In this document: positions 10,964 to 21,481 of the stretch, piece after piece | How the letters are laid out: each line of letters opens with the position of its first letter | Position numbering within the stretch: the first letter of the stretch is position 1 | Assembly: GCA_049840415.1 (NCBI GenBank) | Contig: JASGLB010000009.1 | Span: 254,778-318,777, forward strand | DNA from: Propionicimonas sp. | GTDB taxonomy: Bacteria > Actinomycetota > Actinomycetes > Propionibacteriales > Propionibacteriaceae | DNA length: 64,000 nt | Direction of reading: 5' to 3' | Made by a program: the position numbers and the translations under genes | Notes under the pieces: model-generated | What the model was told of the DNA's origin: nothing | Databases searched by the model: none | The model's input: the letters and a program-made list of their open reading frames with translations, nothing else

Positions 10964-10983
10964 TGCGCAAGATTATTTGCGCA
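10964..10983. promoter_or_regulatory. Palindromic operator TGCGCAA-N6-TTGCGCA between the divergent MFS and HTH genes
   Basis: Perfect 7-bp inverted repeat in an AT-rich intergenic stretch. Confidence 0.7.
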
Positions 10984-11016
10984 TTGTTTCTTGCGGGAGT
11001 CTGCTAGCCTGCCGCC

Positions 11017-11619
11017 ATGGTCGAATCGCCGACTCCGGCCGATCCGGAGCACTCCACGGCCCAGCCGGACACCTTCCTGATCGACAACGCCACCACGCTG
11101 CGGGCGATCGCCCACCCGCTGCGCCAGCAGATCCTGGACGAACTCGGCCTGCGGGAGTTCGGCCGCGCCGCCGACCTGGCCGTCACCTTGGACCAGCCCG
11201 CCAATGCGATCAGCTTCCACCTGCGCACCCTGGCCAGGGCAGGGCTGATCGTGCCCGCGCCGGAGCACGCCAGGGACCGGCGCGATCGGGTCTGGAAGCC
11301 GGTGGCCGAGCGCTACGAGATCCAGCGCAAGCTGGCCGGTTCGGCGGCGGTGGTCGATCCGGTGATCGACTGGCTGCGCGAGGCGATGTCGAAGGCCGAC
11401 GGCGACTCCGGTCACTACCAGCTGACCGCCGGCGTCTCGCTGCTCACCGAGGACGAGGCCAGGCAACTCGGCGAGGAGCTGACCGAGGTGGTCAACCGCT
11501 GGAGCGAGCGCTCCGCCCAGGCGGCCCGCAGCCACCCCGACGAGCCGGACCGGCGACCGACCCAGGTGATGTTCGCGCTGGGGCCACGCCGCCGGAACGC
11601 AGCGAAGGGCCGCCCCTGA
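11017..11619 (+). CDS. ArsR-like winged-helix regulator
   Basis: LRAIAHPLRQQIL...ISFHLRTLARAGLI...DRRDRVW; leaderless TAGCCT-N6-ATG start. Confidence 0.88.
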   Translation: MVESPTPADPEHSTAQPDTFLIDNATTLRAIAHPLRQQILDELGLREFGRAADLAVTLDQPANAISFHLRTLARAGLIVPAPEHARDRRDRVWKPVAERYEIQRKLAGSAAVVDPVIDWLREAMSKADGDSGHYQLTAGVSLLTEDEARQLGEELTEVVNRWSERSAQAARSHPDEPDRRPTQVMFALGPRRRNAAKGRP

Positions 11620-11635
11620 CGGGGCGGCCCTTCGC
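11602..11635. terminator. Hairpin between convergent regulator and rpmA
   Basis: GCGAAGGGCCGCCCC-TGAC-GGGGCGGCCCTTCGC, a perfect 15-bp stem. Confidence 0.8.
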
Positions 11636-11649
11636 GGTTGGTTCTGGAG

Positions 11650-11904
11650 TTACTCGGCGATCGCGATGTTCACCACGCGGCGGCCGCGGCGGGTGCCGAA
11701 CTCGACCTTGCCGGCGCGGAGCGCGAACAGGGTGTCGTCGCCACCGCGTCCGACGCCCTCACCGGGGTGGAAGTGGGTACCGCGCTGCCGGACGATGATC
11801 TCGCCGGCGTTGACCTGCTCGCCGCCGAACCGCTTCACGCCAAGCCGCTGGGCATTGGAGTCACGACCGTTGCGGGAGGACGATGCGCCCTTCTTGTGTG
11901 CCAT
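11650..11904 (-). CDS. rpmA: 50S ribosomal protein L27
   Basis: [24 protein letters not shown]. Confidence 0.99.
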   Translation of the reverse strand: MAHKKGASSSRNGRDSNAQRLGVKRFGGEQVNAGEIIVRQRGTHFHPGEGVGRGGDDTLFALRAGKVEFGTRRGRRVVNIAIAE

Positions 11905-11915
11905 CTGTCAGCCCC

Positions 11916-12221
11916 TCACTTGATCCCGGTGACCTTGACCTGGGTGTACCGCTGACGGTGCCCCTGGCGCTTCTTGTAGCCGGTCTTGTTCTTGTACTTG
12001 ATGATCCGGATCTTCGGACCCTTGGTCTCGGCCAGCACCTCGGCGCTCACCTTGACCTTGGCCAGCTTCTTCGCGTCGGAGGTGACAGCGTCACCGTCGA
12101 CCACCAGCAGGGGGACGAGATCGATCGAGGAACCAACCTCGGCCTCGACCTTGTCGACCTCCAGCACGTCCCCGACAGCAACCTTGTGCTGGCGTCCGCC
12201 ACTGCGCACGATCGCGTACAC
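11916..12221 (-). CDS. rplU: 50S ribosomal protein L21
   Basis: [14 protein letters not shown]...GHRQRYT. Confidence 0.99.
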   Translation of the reverse strand: MYAIVRSGGRQHKVAVGDVLEVDKVEAEVGSSIDLVPLLVVDGDAVTSDAKKLAKVKVSAEVLAETKGPKIRIIKYKNKTGYKKRQGHRQRYTQVKVTGIK

Positions 12222-12321
12222 GACTGACCCACTCTCAACGAACCTGATACGTCTAGTCGGTGTTCATCAGACCACCGAAGGTGTCGGCGCCGAAATCCAG
12301 CACAGCGAGCACCGAGGATCA

Positions 12322-12351
12322 AGAATACGTTCCGGGCCACTGCAGGGTCAA
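12322..12351 (-). promoter_or_regulatory. SigA-type promoter of rplU-rpmA
   Basis: TTGACC-N18-TATTCT on the minus strand. Confidence 0.65.
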
Positions 12352-12388
12352 ACCGACCACCCCCTGGAGCCGCACCCTTCGCTCACCG

Positions 12389-12697
12389 GAGGTCTTCCTG
12401 CCCGCGCCGTGCTGGGCGGAGTTGCAGCGGGGGGTGCACCTGCTGCCTCAGGGCCGACGACGGGAGCGCATCACCGCCGGACTGGAGTCCCTGGTCAGTT
12501 CGCTCGGCGGCATCGTGGCCTTCGGTCGCGTCGAGGCAGAGGTGTATGCCGAACTGACCAGCCAGCCCGGCCGTCCCCGGCCGACCATCGACGCCATGAT
12601 CGCCGCGATCTGCCGCACCCACGGTCTGGCCCTGGCCACCCGCAACACCCGCGATTTCGACGGCTGCGGCATCGACCTGGTGGATCCCTGGCAGTAG
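12389..12697 (+). pseudogene. vapC: N-terminally truncated PIN/VapC toxin
   Basis: WAELQRG...DAMIAAICRTHGLALATRNTRDF...LVDPW is a VapC C-terminal signature. The N-terminal xLDTNV motif is absent and no antitoxin ORF is present. Confidence 0.75.
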
Positions 12698-12740
12698 CGT
12701 CCAGCGTGGGATGCTTGGGGCATCGCTTCGAGGAGGGTCG

Positions 12741-14777
12741 ATGGACTTCTTCAACCTGTACACCCACGGGTTCGCCCGGGTGGCGGCCTGCACGCTGCCG
12801 GTCACCCTGGTGCAGCCGCAGCGCAATGCCGAGGCGGTGCTCGCCCAGGCGCGCGAGGTGGCCGAGCAGGGAGCGGTGCTGGCGGTCTTCCCCGAGCTGT
12901 GCCTGACCGGCTACTCCATCGACGACCTGCTGATGCAGGACCTGGTGCTGGACGCCACCGACCACGCCCTCGGCTGGCTGGCCGACGCCAGCAAGGACGT
13001 CGGCGCGGTGCTCGTGGTGGGCGCCCCGCTGCGGGGGCTGAACCGGATCTACAACTGCGCGGTGGTGCTGCACCGCGGCGAGATCCTGGGCGTGGTGCCG
13101 AAGTCGTACCTGCCGACCTACCGGGAGTTCTACGAGGCCCGCCAGATCGCCGCCGGGACGGACGTCACTGGCGAGATCGCGGTGGCCGGACGGCTGGTGC
13201 CGTTCGGCGCCGACCTGCTGTTCGCCGCCCTCGATCTGCCCGACTTCGTGCTGAACGTCGAGATCTGTGAGGACATGTGGGTGCCGATTCCGCCGGCCGC
13301 CGAGGCGGCGCTGGCCGGGGCGACAGTGGTGGCCAATCTCTCCGGCTCACCGATCACGGTGGCCAAGGCCGAGGAGCGCAAGCAGCTGTGCAGCGGCAAC
13401 TCGTCCCGCTACCTCACCGGCTACGTCTACGCCGCCGCGGGCGAGGGTGAGTCGTCCACCGACCTGGCCTGGGACGGCCAGACCTTCGTCTACGAGGCCG
13501 GCGCACTGCTCGCCGAATCCGAGCGCTTCCCGATGGGGCCGCGGGCGTCCATCGCCGACCTCGATCTCGGGACCCTGGCGATGGACCGGCTGCGGCAGGG
13601 CACCTTCGACGACAACCGCCGCGTCCATGCCGACCGGACCGACGGCTACCGCTGGGTCGAGTTCGAACTCGGCGTGCCCAGCGGCGACCTGGGCCTGCGG
13701 CGTCCACTCCCCCGGTTCCCGTTCGTCCCGGCCGATCCGGCCCGGCTCGCCCAGGACTGCTACGAGGCCTACAACATCCAGGTCAGCGCGCTGGAACAGC
13801 GGCTGAAGGCGATCGGCCAACCGAAGATCGTGATCGGCATCTCCGGCGGCCTGGATTCCACCCACGCGCTGATCGTCGCCGCCCGGGCGATGGACCGGAT
13901 GAACCGCCCGCGCACCGACATCCTGGCCTTCACCATGCCCGGCTTCGCCACCTCCGTCCACACCAAGGGCAATGCCACAGCGCTGGCCAACGCCCTCGGG
14001 GTGACCTTCGCCGAACTCGACATCCGGCCGGCCGCCCGGCAACTGCTGGCCGACCTCGACCACCCCTTCGCCGACGGCGAGCCGGCTTATGACGTCACCT
14101 TCGAGAACGTCCAGGCCGGGTTGCGCACCGACTACCTGTTCCGGCTGGCCAACCAGCGCGGTGGCATCGTGCTGGGCACCGGCGACCTGTCGGAGCTGGC
14201 GCTGGGCTGGTGCACCTACGGGGTGGGCGACCAGATGTCGCACTACAACGTCAACGGCGGGGTGCCCAAGACCCTGATGCAGCACCTGATCCGCTGGGTG
14301 ATCGCCTCCGGCCAGTTCGACGACGAAGTGGGGCGGACGCTGCAGGCCGTCCTCGACACTGAGATCACCCCAGAGCTGATTCCGATCACCGACGGCAACA
14401 GCCCGCAGTCCACCCAGGCGACCATCGGCCCGTACGCGCTGCAGGACTTCACCCTGTTCCACGTGCTGCGGCACGGCGCCAAGCCGTCCAAGATCGCCTT
14501 CCTCGCGATGCACAGCTGGTCGGACGCCGCGGTCGGCGAGTGGCCGGCCGGCTTCCCGGCGGACGAGCGGGTGGGCTACGACCTGGCCACCATCAAGAAG
14601 TGGCTGCAGGTGTTCTGCCAGCGGTTCTTCGGCTTCGCCCAGTTCAAGCGCTCGGCGCTGCCGAACGGCCCCAAGGTGGTCCGCGGCGGTTCACTCTCCC
14701 CCCGCGGCGACTGGCGAATGCCGTCCGACACCTCCGCGGCACTCTGGCTGGAGGACGTCGCCCGCATCCCCGACTGA
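12741..14777 (+). CDS. nadE: Glutamine-dependent NAD+ synthetase
   Basis: Nitrilase domain ([14 protein letters not shown]) plus SGGLDST and [11 protein letters not shown]; GGAGG RBS. Confidence 0.97.
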   Translation: MDFFNLYTHGFARVAACTLPVTLVQPQRNAEAVLAQAREVAEQGAVLAVFPELCLTGYSIDDLLMQDLVLDATDHALGWLADASKDVGAVLVVGAPLRGLNRIYNCAVVLHRGEILGVVPKSYLPTYREFYEARQIAAGTDVTGEIAVAGRLVPFGADLLFAALDLPDFVLNVEICEDMWVPIPPAAEAALAGATVVANLSGSPITVAKAEERKQLCSGNSSRYLTGYVYAAAGEGESSTDLAWDGQTFVYEAGALLAESERFPMGPRASIADLDLGTLAMDRLRQGTFDDNRRVHADRTDGYRWVEFELGVPSGDLGLRRPLPRFPFVPADPARLAQDCYEAYNIQVSALEQRLKAIGQPKIVIGISGGLDSTHALIVAARAMDRMNRPRTDILAFTMPGFATSVHTKGNATALANALGVTFAELDIRPAARQLLADLDHPFADGEPAYDVTFENVQAGLRTDYLFRLANQRGGIVLGTGDLSELALGWCTYGVGDQMSHYNVNGGVPKTLMQHLIRWVIASGQFDDEVGRTLQAVLDTEITPELIPITDGNSPQSTQATIGPYALQDFTLFHVLRHGAKPSKIAFLAMHSWSDAAVGEWPAGFPADERVGYDLATIKKWLQVFCQRFFGFAQFKRSALPNGPKVVRGGSLSPRGDWRMPSDTSAALWLEDVARIPD

Positions 14778-14898
14778 ACCCGGGCCCTCCATCGACCGCT
14801 TCCCTTCACGTCGGGCGCTTGTGCCTGGGCTGTGGCGCTCGACGGTAAGGCTGGCGGTCGATGCTGATGGAACGCCAGTGGCTTGCCTTCGTCCGGTA

Positions 14899-14923
14899 AC
14901 TGTATATAGTGCATATAGACAGT
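14899..14923. promoter_or_regulatory. Probable YtrA/GntR operator overlapping the -10 element
   Basis: Imperfect palindrome ACTGTATATAGTGCATATAGACAGT directly upstream of gntR. Confidence 0.75.
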
Positions 14924-14935
14924 AAGGACGAGGGA

Positions 14936-15346
14936 ATGCGGATCATCGTGTCGAACGCCTCGCCGCTGCCGATCTACGAGCAGATCGTGCAGCAGGTGAA
15001 GCACGCGATCCTCACCGGCGAGGTCGGTGAGGGCGAGCCGCTGCCGTCCATCCGGCAGCTCGCCCGCGACCTGCGGGTGAGCGTGATCACCACCACCCGG
15101 GCCTACAACGACCTGGCCCAGGACGGCTTCGTGGTGAGCGTGCCCGGCAAGGGCGCCTTCGTCGGATCGGTGGACCCCGGCCTGGTCCGCGAGCAGGCGC
15201 TGGCCGCGATCGAGCAGTACTTCGCCGAAGCGGTCGGACAGGCCCGCCTGGCCGGGATCGGACGCCAGGAGCTGACCACCCTGCTCACCACCGCGATGCA
15301 CGCCGGGCCGTCGAGCGAACCGAACCGCCCCGAGGAGGACCAGTGA
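14936..15346 (+). CDS. GntR family (YtrA subfamily) regulator
   Basis: PIYEQI...LPSIRQLARDLRVSVITTTRAY...PGKGAFV. Confidence 0.93.
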   Translation: MRIIVSNASPLPIYEQIVQQVKHAILTGEVGEGEPLPSIRQLARDLRVSVITTTRAYNDLAQDGFVVSVPGKGAFVGSVDPGLVREQALAAIEQYFAEAVGQARLAGIGRQELTTLLTTAMHAGPSSEPNRPEEDQ

Positions 15347-16206
15347 TCACGACCCCCGTCTCGACCGCAGCCGCCGAGGCGCTCCACCTGTCCAAGAAGC
15401 TGGGCGACTTCGAGCTCCGGGACGTCTGCCTGACCGTTCCGACCGGGCTGATCACCGGTTTCGTCGGCCCGAACGGCGCCGGCAAGACCTCCACCATCAA
15501 GTGCCTGCTCGGCATGTTGCGCCCGGACGCCGGAGAGCTCACCGTGCTCGGCCAACCCGCCGGCACCCCCAGCGAGGAGATCGGCATCGTGCTGGACTCC
15601 CCCGCCTACGTCGGAGATTGGCGGGTGACGCAGGTCGGTCGCGTGGTGGGGCGGTTCTACGCCAGCTGGGATCCTGGCCGGTTCGCCGAGCTCTGCGCGC
15701 GGTTCGGCATCCCGGGCGACCGGAAGGTCAAGGAACTCTCCCGCGGCATGGGCATGAAGCTGCAGCTGGCGGTCGCGCTCGCCCGTGACACCCGCCTGCT
15801 GGTACTGGACGAACCCACCTCCGGCCTCGATCCGGTGGCTCGCGACGATCTGCTCGACCTGCTGCAGGAGTACATGCTGGACGAACGCAACGCGGTGCTG
15901 TTTTCCACCCATATCACCACAGATCTGGAGCGGATCGCCGATCAGGTCGCGATCATCAACGACGGCCGCATCCTGCACGCCGAACCGAAGGACGATCTGC
16001 TGACCCGGTACGCGATCGTCCGGGGAGGCCTGGCCGACCTGACCGACGAGGCCCGCCGGGTGATCCGCGGACTACGCATTCACCCGCACGGTTTCGAAGG
16101 GCTGGTCGAAGCAGGCGAGCTGGCTCGGTTCGGCAGGTGGGTGGACGCCGAACCGGCCAGCCTCGATGAACTGGTCGTTCACCTCTCCCGGGACACTCAA
16201 CGATGA
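15343..16206 (+). CDS. ABC transporter ATP-binding protein
   Basis: GPNGAGKT, LSRGM and LDEPTSGLD motifs. Confidence 0.95.
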   Translation: MITTPVSTAAAEALHLSKKLGDFELRDVCLTVPTGLITGFVGPNGAGKTSTIKCLLGMLRPDAGELTVLGQPAGTPSEEIGIVLDSPAYVGDWRVTQVGRVVGRFYASWDPGRFAELCARFGIPGDRKVKELSRGMGMKLQLAVALARDTRLLVLDEPTSGLDPVARDDLLDLLQEYMLDERNAVLFSTHITTDLERIADQVAIINDGRILHAEPKDDLLTRYAIVRGGLADLTDEARRVIRGLRIHPHGFEGLVEAGELARFGRWVDAEPASLDELVVHLSRDTQR

Positions 16207-16859
16207 CGCATCTACCCGCCCAGATCGCTCTCGAGCTGTGGCTCCTGCGTCCCTTCGCCCGGCAGTTCGTGATGCTGTCCTTCCTCGCCGTGATGTTCGT
16301 GTCCTTTCAGGACGCCGGTCCGGCGATGGTGGTGGCGATGGCGGCGCTGACCGGCTCCTACAGTTTCGCTGTCACCGAGTCGGCTCACCTGGAGACTCTG
16401 TTCGCGACCCTGCCCAGCACGCGGCGGGTGGTGGTCATGGCCAGGTATCTGGTGATCGTCGGCATACTGGCGGCCGCCGGCATCGCGGCCGTCGTGGCCG
16501 ATGCGGTCAAGGCGGCGATCAGCCAACGACCCTGGTCGCCGGCCGCCACGCTGGCTGTGATCGCCATCAGCTTCGCGGTGGCGAGCTTGGTGATCGCCAT
16601 TCAGTTCCCGTTCTTCTTCCGCCTCGGTTACCTCCGGGCTCGCTTTCTCACCCTGGTGGCGATCGCCGTGGTGGGAGCGGTCATCGCCTGGCTGGCTCTC
16701 ACCCTCAGCCGGAACGGAGTGGTCTCCCACGCCTGGCTGGAGACGGTCACCCAGGCCCCTGCGGGCTGGTGGGTCGCTGGCGGACTTCTGCTCGGATCGG
16801 GCTTCCTGGTGGTCTCCGCCGCCGTGTCGATCCGGCTCTATGCCCGCAAGGATCTTTAG
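16203..16859 (+). CDS. ABC-2 type permease
   Basis: About 6 TM segments; TLPSTRRVVVMARY; overlaps the ATPase gene. Confidence 0.85.
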   Translation: MTHLPAQIALELWLLRPFARQFVMLSFLAVMFVSFQDAGPAMVVAMAALTGSYSFAVTESAHLETLFATLPSTRRVVVMARYLVIVGILAAAGIAAVVADAVKAAISQRPWSPAATLAVIAISFAVASLVIAIQFPFFFRLGYLRARFLTLVAIAVVGAVIAWLALTLSRNGVVSHAWLETVTQAPAGWWVAGGLLLGSGFLVVSAAVSIRLYARKDL

Positions 16860-16987
16860 TCCAGGCGGCCTTGTGGCGCGGGTTGGACGGGCCCAGAATG
16901 AGGAAGGTCGGCAGCCAGCGTTGGTGGCCGACCCAGCCCGCGCCCGCCGGGAACGGCCCGGAGGGAACCTTCCAGAAGGGAATGGCG

Positions 16988-17623
16988 ATGAATCCGGCGA
17001 CTACCGCACTCGTCCTGATCGAGTTCCAGAACGACTTCACCAGCGAGGGTGGGACGCTGCACGGCGCGGTATCCGAGGTGATGGACGCCACCGGCACGCT
17101 GCCCAATGCCAAGCAGGCGCTGGCGGCCTCCCGGGCGGCGGGCGTGACCATCGTGCACAGCCCGATCTCGTTCCAGCCGGGCTACTACGAGATCAGCGCG
17201 CACCCCTACGGCATCCTCAAGGGCGTGGTCGACTCCAACTCGTTCGTGAAGGGCACCTGGGGCTGCGAGATCGTCGAGGACGTGGCGCCGGGCGAGGGCG
17301 ACATCGTGCTGGAGGGCAAGCGCGGCCTGGACGCCTTCGGCTCCACCAACCTCGACTTCATCCTGCGCAGCAAGGGCATCACCACCGTGGTGCTGGCCGG
17401 CTTCCTGACCAACTGCTGCGTGGAGTCGACCATGCGCTCCTCCTACGAGAAGGGCTTCGAGGTCTACACCCTGACCGACGCGGTCGGTGCCACCTCGCTG
17501 GACGAGCACGCCAACGCGATCAAGTACGACTACCCGATGTTCTCCAAGCCGATCACCACCGCGGAGTACATCGCGGCGCTGGCCGGCGAGGCCGCCACCG
17601 CGGACGCCTCGCGCGGCTACTGA
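16988..17623 (+). CDS. Isochorismatase-family cysteine hydrolase
   Basis: ALVLIEFQNDF and AGFLTNCCVESTMR motifs. Confidence 0.92.
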   Translation: MNPATTALVLIEFQNDFTSEGGTLHGAVSEVMDATGTLPNAKQALAASRAAGVTIVHSPISFQPGYYEISAHPYGILKGVVDSNSFVKGTWGCEIVEDVAPGEGDIVLEGKRGLDAFGSTNLDFILRSKGITTVVLAGFLTNCCVESTMRSSYEKGFEVYTLTDAVGATSLDEHANAIKYDYPMFSKPITTAEYIAALAGEAATADASRGY

Positions 17624-17650
17624 CCGGCGCTACCGCCCGTCGGTCGGTGA

Positions 17651-20446
17651 CTACTCCTGACCGGCGGGTTCGGCGGCCACCAGCTCGGGCTGGTCGGCGA
17701 GCGGCTCGGCAGCCACCTCGTCCACCGATTCGAGGACGGTGGGCTCCACCGCCAGCTCGGTCTGCTCGACCACGATCTCGGGGATCTCGGGCGCTGCCGG
17801 CTCGGTAGCGCTCTCAGCCGCCTCGACCTCCGGTGCCGGCTCCTCGGCCGGCTTGGTCAGCTCGGGGGTCACCGGGTGGGCCAGCGTGGCAGCCACCACC
17901 GCGGCAAGCTCGGGAGCCACCCCGGGCTTGCGGTTGCGGTTGGAGCGGGAGTTGCCGCCCCGGCTCCGGCGATTGCCCTCGCGGTCGCCACCGTCGGCCG
18001 GCGCCTGCGAGGCGACCGGGGCGTCGTGGGTGTGGTAGCCGCGTCCCTTGCAGGTCTCGCAGGGGACGGTGAAGGCCTCGGCCAGCCCGGTACCGATCTT
18101 CTTCCGGGTCATCTGCACCAGGCCCAGCGAGGTCACCTCGGCGACCTGGTGGCGGGTGCGATCCCGGCCCAGGCACTCCACCAGCCGGCGGAGCAGCAGT
18201 TCCCGGTTGCTGGGCAGCACCATGTCGATGAAGTCGATCACGATGATCCCGCCGATGTCCCGCAGCCGCAGTTGGCGGACGATCTCCTCGGCCGCCTCCA
18301 GGTTGTTGGAGGTGACGGTCGCCTCGAGGTTGCCCGAAGTGCCGGTGAACCGTCCGGTGTTGACGTCGATCACGGTCATCGCCTCGGTGCGGTCGATGAT
18401 CAGCGAGCCGCCGGAAGGCAGGAAGACCTTGCGCTCCAGCGCCTTGGCCACCTGCTCGTGCACCCGGTGGGCGTCGAAGATGTCGCCGTTGGCGGTGCGA
18501 TCCCAGCGCTGCAGCCGCTCCTCCAGGTGCGGCGCGACGTGCTTGACGTAGGCCTCGACGGTGTCCCAGGCGTCGTCGGCACTGCCGTTACCGTCCACGA
18601 TCAGGGCGCGGAAGTCCTCGGTGAACAGGTCGCGGACGATCCGGACGGTCAGGTCCGGCTCGCCGTAGAGCAGGGACGGCGCGGAGCCGCCGGTCTTCTT
18701 CTCGATGACCTCCCACTGCGCCTTCAGCCGGTTGACGTCGCGGACCAGCTCCTCCTCGGAAGCCCCCTCGGCGGCGGTCCGGACGATCACCGAGGCGTCC
18801 GGCCCGATCAGCTCGTCCAGGATGCCCTTGAGCCGCTTGCGCTCCGGTTCGGGCAGCTTGCGGGAGATACCGGACAGCTGGCCGCCCGGCGAGTAGACGA
18901 TGTAGCGGCCCGGGATGGAGATGTGGGAGGTCAGCCGCGCACCCTTGGCGCCGACCGGATCCTTGGTGACCTGCACCAGCACCGCCTGGCCGGACTTGAA
19001 GACCCGCTCGACCTTCTTGTCCTGCCCGGTGACACCGAACGAGGCCCAGTCGACCTCGCCGGCGTAGAGCACGGCGTTGCGGCCGCGGCCGATGTCGATG
19101 AAGGCGGCCTCCATGCTGGGCAGCACGTTCTGGACGCGGCCCAGGTAGATGTTGCCGATCATCGAGGTGGCCGACGGCCGGTCGACGTAGTGCTCGACCA
19201 GCACGCCGTCCTCCAGCACGCCGATCTGGCTGTACTCCTCGGCCTGCCGGATCAGCATCACCCGGTCGACCGACTCGCGGCGGGCCAGGAACTCCGACTC
19301 CGACAGGATCGGGGTGCGGCGACGGCCGGCGGCGCGACCCTCGCGGCGACGCTGCTTCTTGGCCTCCATCCGGGTGGAGCCCTCGATGCCGGTCACCTCG
19401 TCGTTGGCCGAGCTGCCCCGGCGGCGCGGCTCCCGGACCCGGACCACCACGTCGATCGAGTCGTCCTCGGTCTCGCCGGTGTCCTCGCCACGGCGGCGAC
19501 GACGGCGACGACGGCGGGAGCCGCCCTCGCTGCCCTCGGCGGCGTCGGTCTCGCCTGCCTCCTCGGCCGGCGTCTCCGCCTCCGCCTCGGCGTCGGCCTC
19601 GGTCTCGTCGGCGTCGTCCCCGGCGCCGGAGCGGCGACGACGGCGACCACCCCGGCGGCGACGACGGCGACGGGACGAACCCGCGCCACCCTCCTCGTCG
19701 TCGGACTCGGCGCTGTCGGCGTCCTCCTCGGCCTCGAGCTCGTCGTCCTCCGCCTCGGCGGTCTCCTCGGACTCCTCGACGTCGTCCTCGTCCGCGGCGT
19801 CATCCTCGTCCGATTCGGCCAGCGGGGACGGGGCGGTGCCGCCGATCGCGGCGGCCAGGCTGTTCAGCACGGCTGCGGGATCGACCTCGTCGGTCAGCCC
19901 GAAGGCTTCGGCGCGAACCCGCCGGCGCCGCCGCGGCGCCTGCTGCTCCAGCTCGGCGAGGCTGGCGGCCACGTCGTCGGCCGCGGCTTCGGCCTCGGGT
20001 TCCACCGCCTTGGCGGCGGTCTTGCGACGGCCGCGCTGCGGCGCGGGAGCAGGTTCGGGTTCGTCGGCCACGACCGGCTCGGCGGCCGGCTCAGCCTCGG
20101 CCTTGGCGGCCGGCTTGCGCCGACGCCGGGGAGCGGGCTCCTCGGCCACCGGCTCGGCAGTGGTTTCGGCGGCGGGCTGCTCGGCCTGCGCAGCGACGTC
20201 GATCAGCGACTCGGGTTCCGGCTGGGCCTTGGCCCGACTGCGGCGCTGCCGGGCGGGCTTGGCCGGTTCGACCGGTGCCGGCTCAGCCACGGGGGCCGGC
20301 GCGGTGTCAGCCGGGGCGTCCGCCACCGGAGCGGGCGGGCCGGCCGGGCGGCTGGCGGCGCGACGCCGGCGTGGCGCGGCGGGCTGCTGGGCCGAGGTCG
20401 ACTCGTTCGAGGTCGACTCGGTTGGGGTGGTTTCATCATCGAGCAT
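17651..20446 (-). CDS. rne: Ribonuclease E/G with long acidic/Arg-rich disordered N-terminus
   Basis: GNIYLGRVQNVLPSMEAAFID, IDVNTG, DFIDM and CETC motifs. Confidence 0.96.
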   Translation of the reverse strand: MLDDETTPTESTSNESTSAQQPAAPRRRRAASRPAGPPAPVADAPADTAPAPVAEPAPVEPAKPARQRRSRAKAQPEPESLIDVAAQAEQPAAETTAEPVAEEPAPRRRRKPAAKAEAEPAAEPVVADEPEPAPAPQRGRRKTAAKAVEPEAEAAADDVAASLAELEQQAPRRRRRVRAEAFGLTDEVDPAAVLNSLAAAIGGTAPSPLAESDEDDAADEDDVEESEETAEAEDDELEAEEDADSAESDDEEGGAGSSRRRRRRRGGRRRRRSGAGDDADETEADAEAEAETPAEEAGETDAAEGSEGGSRRRRRRRRRGEDTGETEDDSIDVVVRVREPRRRGSSANDEVTGIEGSTRMEAKKQRRREGRAAGRRRTPILSESEFLARRESVDRVMLIRQAEEYSQIGVLEDGVLVEHYVDRPSATSMIGNIYLGRVQNVLPSMEAAFIDIGRGRNAVLYAGEVDWASFGVTGQDKKVERVFKSGQAVLVQVTKDPVGAKGARLTSHISIPGRYIVYSPGGQLSGISRKLPEPERKRLKGILDELIGPDASVIVRTAAEGASEEELVRDVNRLKAQWEVIEKKTGGSAPSLLYGEPDLTVRIVRDLFTEDFRALIVDGNGSADDAWDTVEAYVKHVAPHLEERLQRWDRTANGDIFDAHRVHEQVAKALERKVFLPSGGSLIIDRTEAMTVIDVNTGRFTGTSGNLEATVTSNNLEAAEEIVRQLRLRDIGGIIVIDFIDMVLPSNRELLLRRLVECLGRDRTRHQVAEVTSLGLVQMTRKKIGTGLAEAFTVPCETCKGRGYHTHDAPVASQAPADGGDREGNRRSRGGNSRSNRNRKPGVAPELAAVVAATLAHPVTPELTKPAEEPAPEVEAAESATEPAAPEIPEIVVEQTELAVEPTVLESVDEVAAEPLADQPELVAAEPAGQE

Positions 20447-20731
20447 GGTGCGCTCCTTCGACGGCGACCGAGGTTGCCGTCCACATCGACTGCCGTAGCA
20501 GTAAAGCCTGTCGGGGCGAGCACATGTCCCACCGCACCCCCGCGGTCGTTGGCCGTCGCGGTGTGGTGCGATGGAGCGATCGAGCTGTCACCTCGGCCAC
20601 TGCACTCGCGGGAGGATTCCCAGTGTCTGGAACTCCTTGCCTGGGGTTCAGTATTCCACAGGGTTGCCAAGAATGACCCGCGACACCCGCAATTTCCGTT
20701 ATCTGAGCGTTATCTTTGCGCGTCCGACCGC

Positions 20732-21454
20732 TCAGTGCCCGGCCGGGCGGGGCACCGCCGGCACCGGGTCGATCACCTGTTTGCCGTCGAAGGTGCCCTG
20801 CGCCAGGCGGGTGAAGATCGGCGGCTGGGTGGGTTTGAAGGCCGGGCTGACCGCCCCCAACGCGGCCACCACGTCGTCGGGTCGTACCAGCGGAGACCCG
20901 ATCTGCGACACCAGTTCGATCAGGCCCTCGCCCTCGACCCGGAGCCGCAGGATCGCCGGCCGGACGTCGAAGCTGCGCATCCCGGTCTTGGTCATGCGTT
21001 CCACCAGGTGCTCGGACTCGGCCAAGAGCGCGGAAACCGCCTGCTCGGCGATCGGCGCGGTCACCCCGGGCAGATCCAGCCGCCAGCAGGACGCGGTCAA
21101 CTGGTCGGCCAGCGCGCCCTCCCCCTCGGCCACCCCGATGATCTCCAGCCCGTCGGGCAGTGCCTGGCTGAGCAGGTCCCGGACGTAGCCCGGATCCAGC
21201 CGGGTGGCCAGGCCGAGTTCCAGGTACTCCGACTCGCTGGCCGCACCGGTCGGGCTGGCGCCGGCGTAGGAGATCCGGGGGTGCGGGCTGAAGCCGGAGG
21301 AGTAGGCCATCGGGATCTCGGCCCGTCGCAGCGCCCGTTCCACCGCCCGTCCGATGTCGCGGTGGGACGCGAACCGCGCTCTCCCCCGCTTGGCGTAACG
21401 GACCCGCAGCCGCTGCTGGGGCGGGGCCTGCTGGGCGGGTTGGGTTCGGGCCAT
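20732..21454 (-). CDS. Radical SAM-associated protein (TIGR03936/DUF2344)
   Basis: YAKRGRARFASHRD...YSSGFSPHPRIS; leaderless TACCAT-N7-ATG start. Confidence 0.9.
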   Translation of the reverse strand: MARTQPAQQAPPQQRLRVRYAKRGRARFASHRDIGRAVERALRRAEIPMAYSSGFSPHPRISYAGASPTGAASESEYLELGLATRLDPGYVRDLLSQALPDGLEIIGVAEGEGALADQLTASCWRLDLPGVTAPIAEQAVSALLAESEHLVERMTKTGMRSFDVRPAILRLRVEGEGLIELVSQIGSPLVRPDDVVAALGAVSPAFKPTQPPIFTRLAQGTFDGKQVIDPVPAVPRPAGH

Positions 21455-21481
21455 GGGCGGGATGGTAGCCCGATCCGGCGG

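Noticed and set aside
12222-12321. Ribosomal-protein leader RNA upstream of rplU
   Set aside because: The leader length is compatible, but I could not identify a convincing structure by eye; a covariance search is needed.
19490-19680. CGACGG/CGGCGA tandem repeats
   Set aside because: They encode the Arg-rich tracts of the RNase E disordered region; not a CRISPR array or independent repeat.
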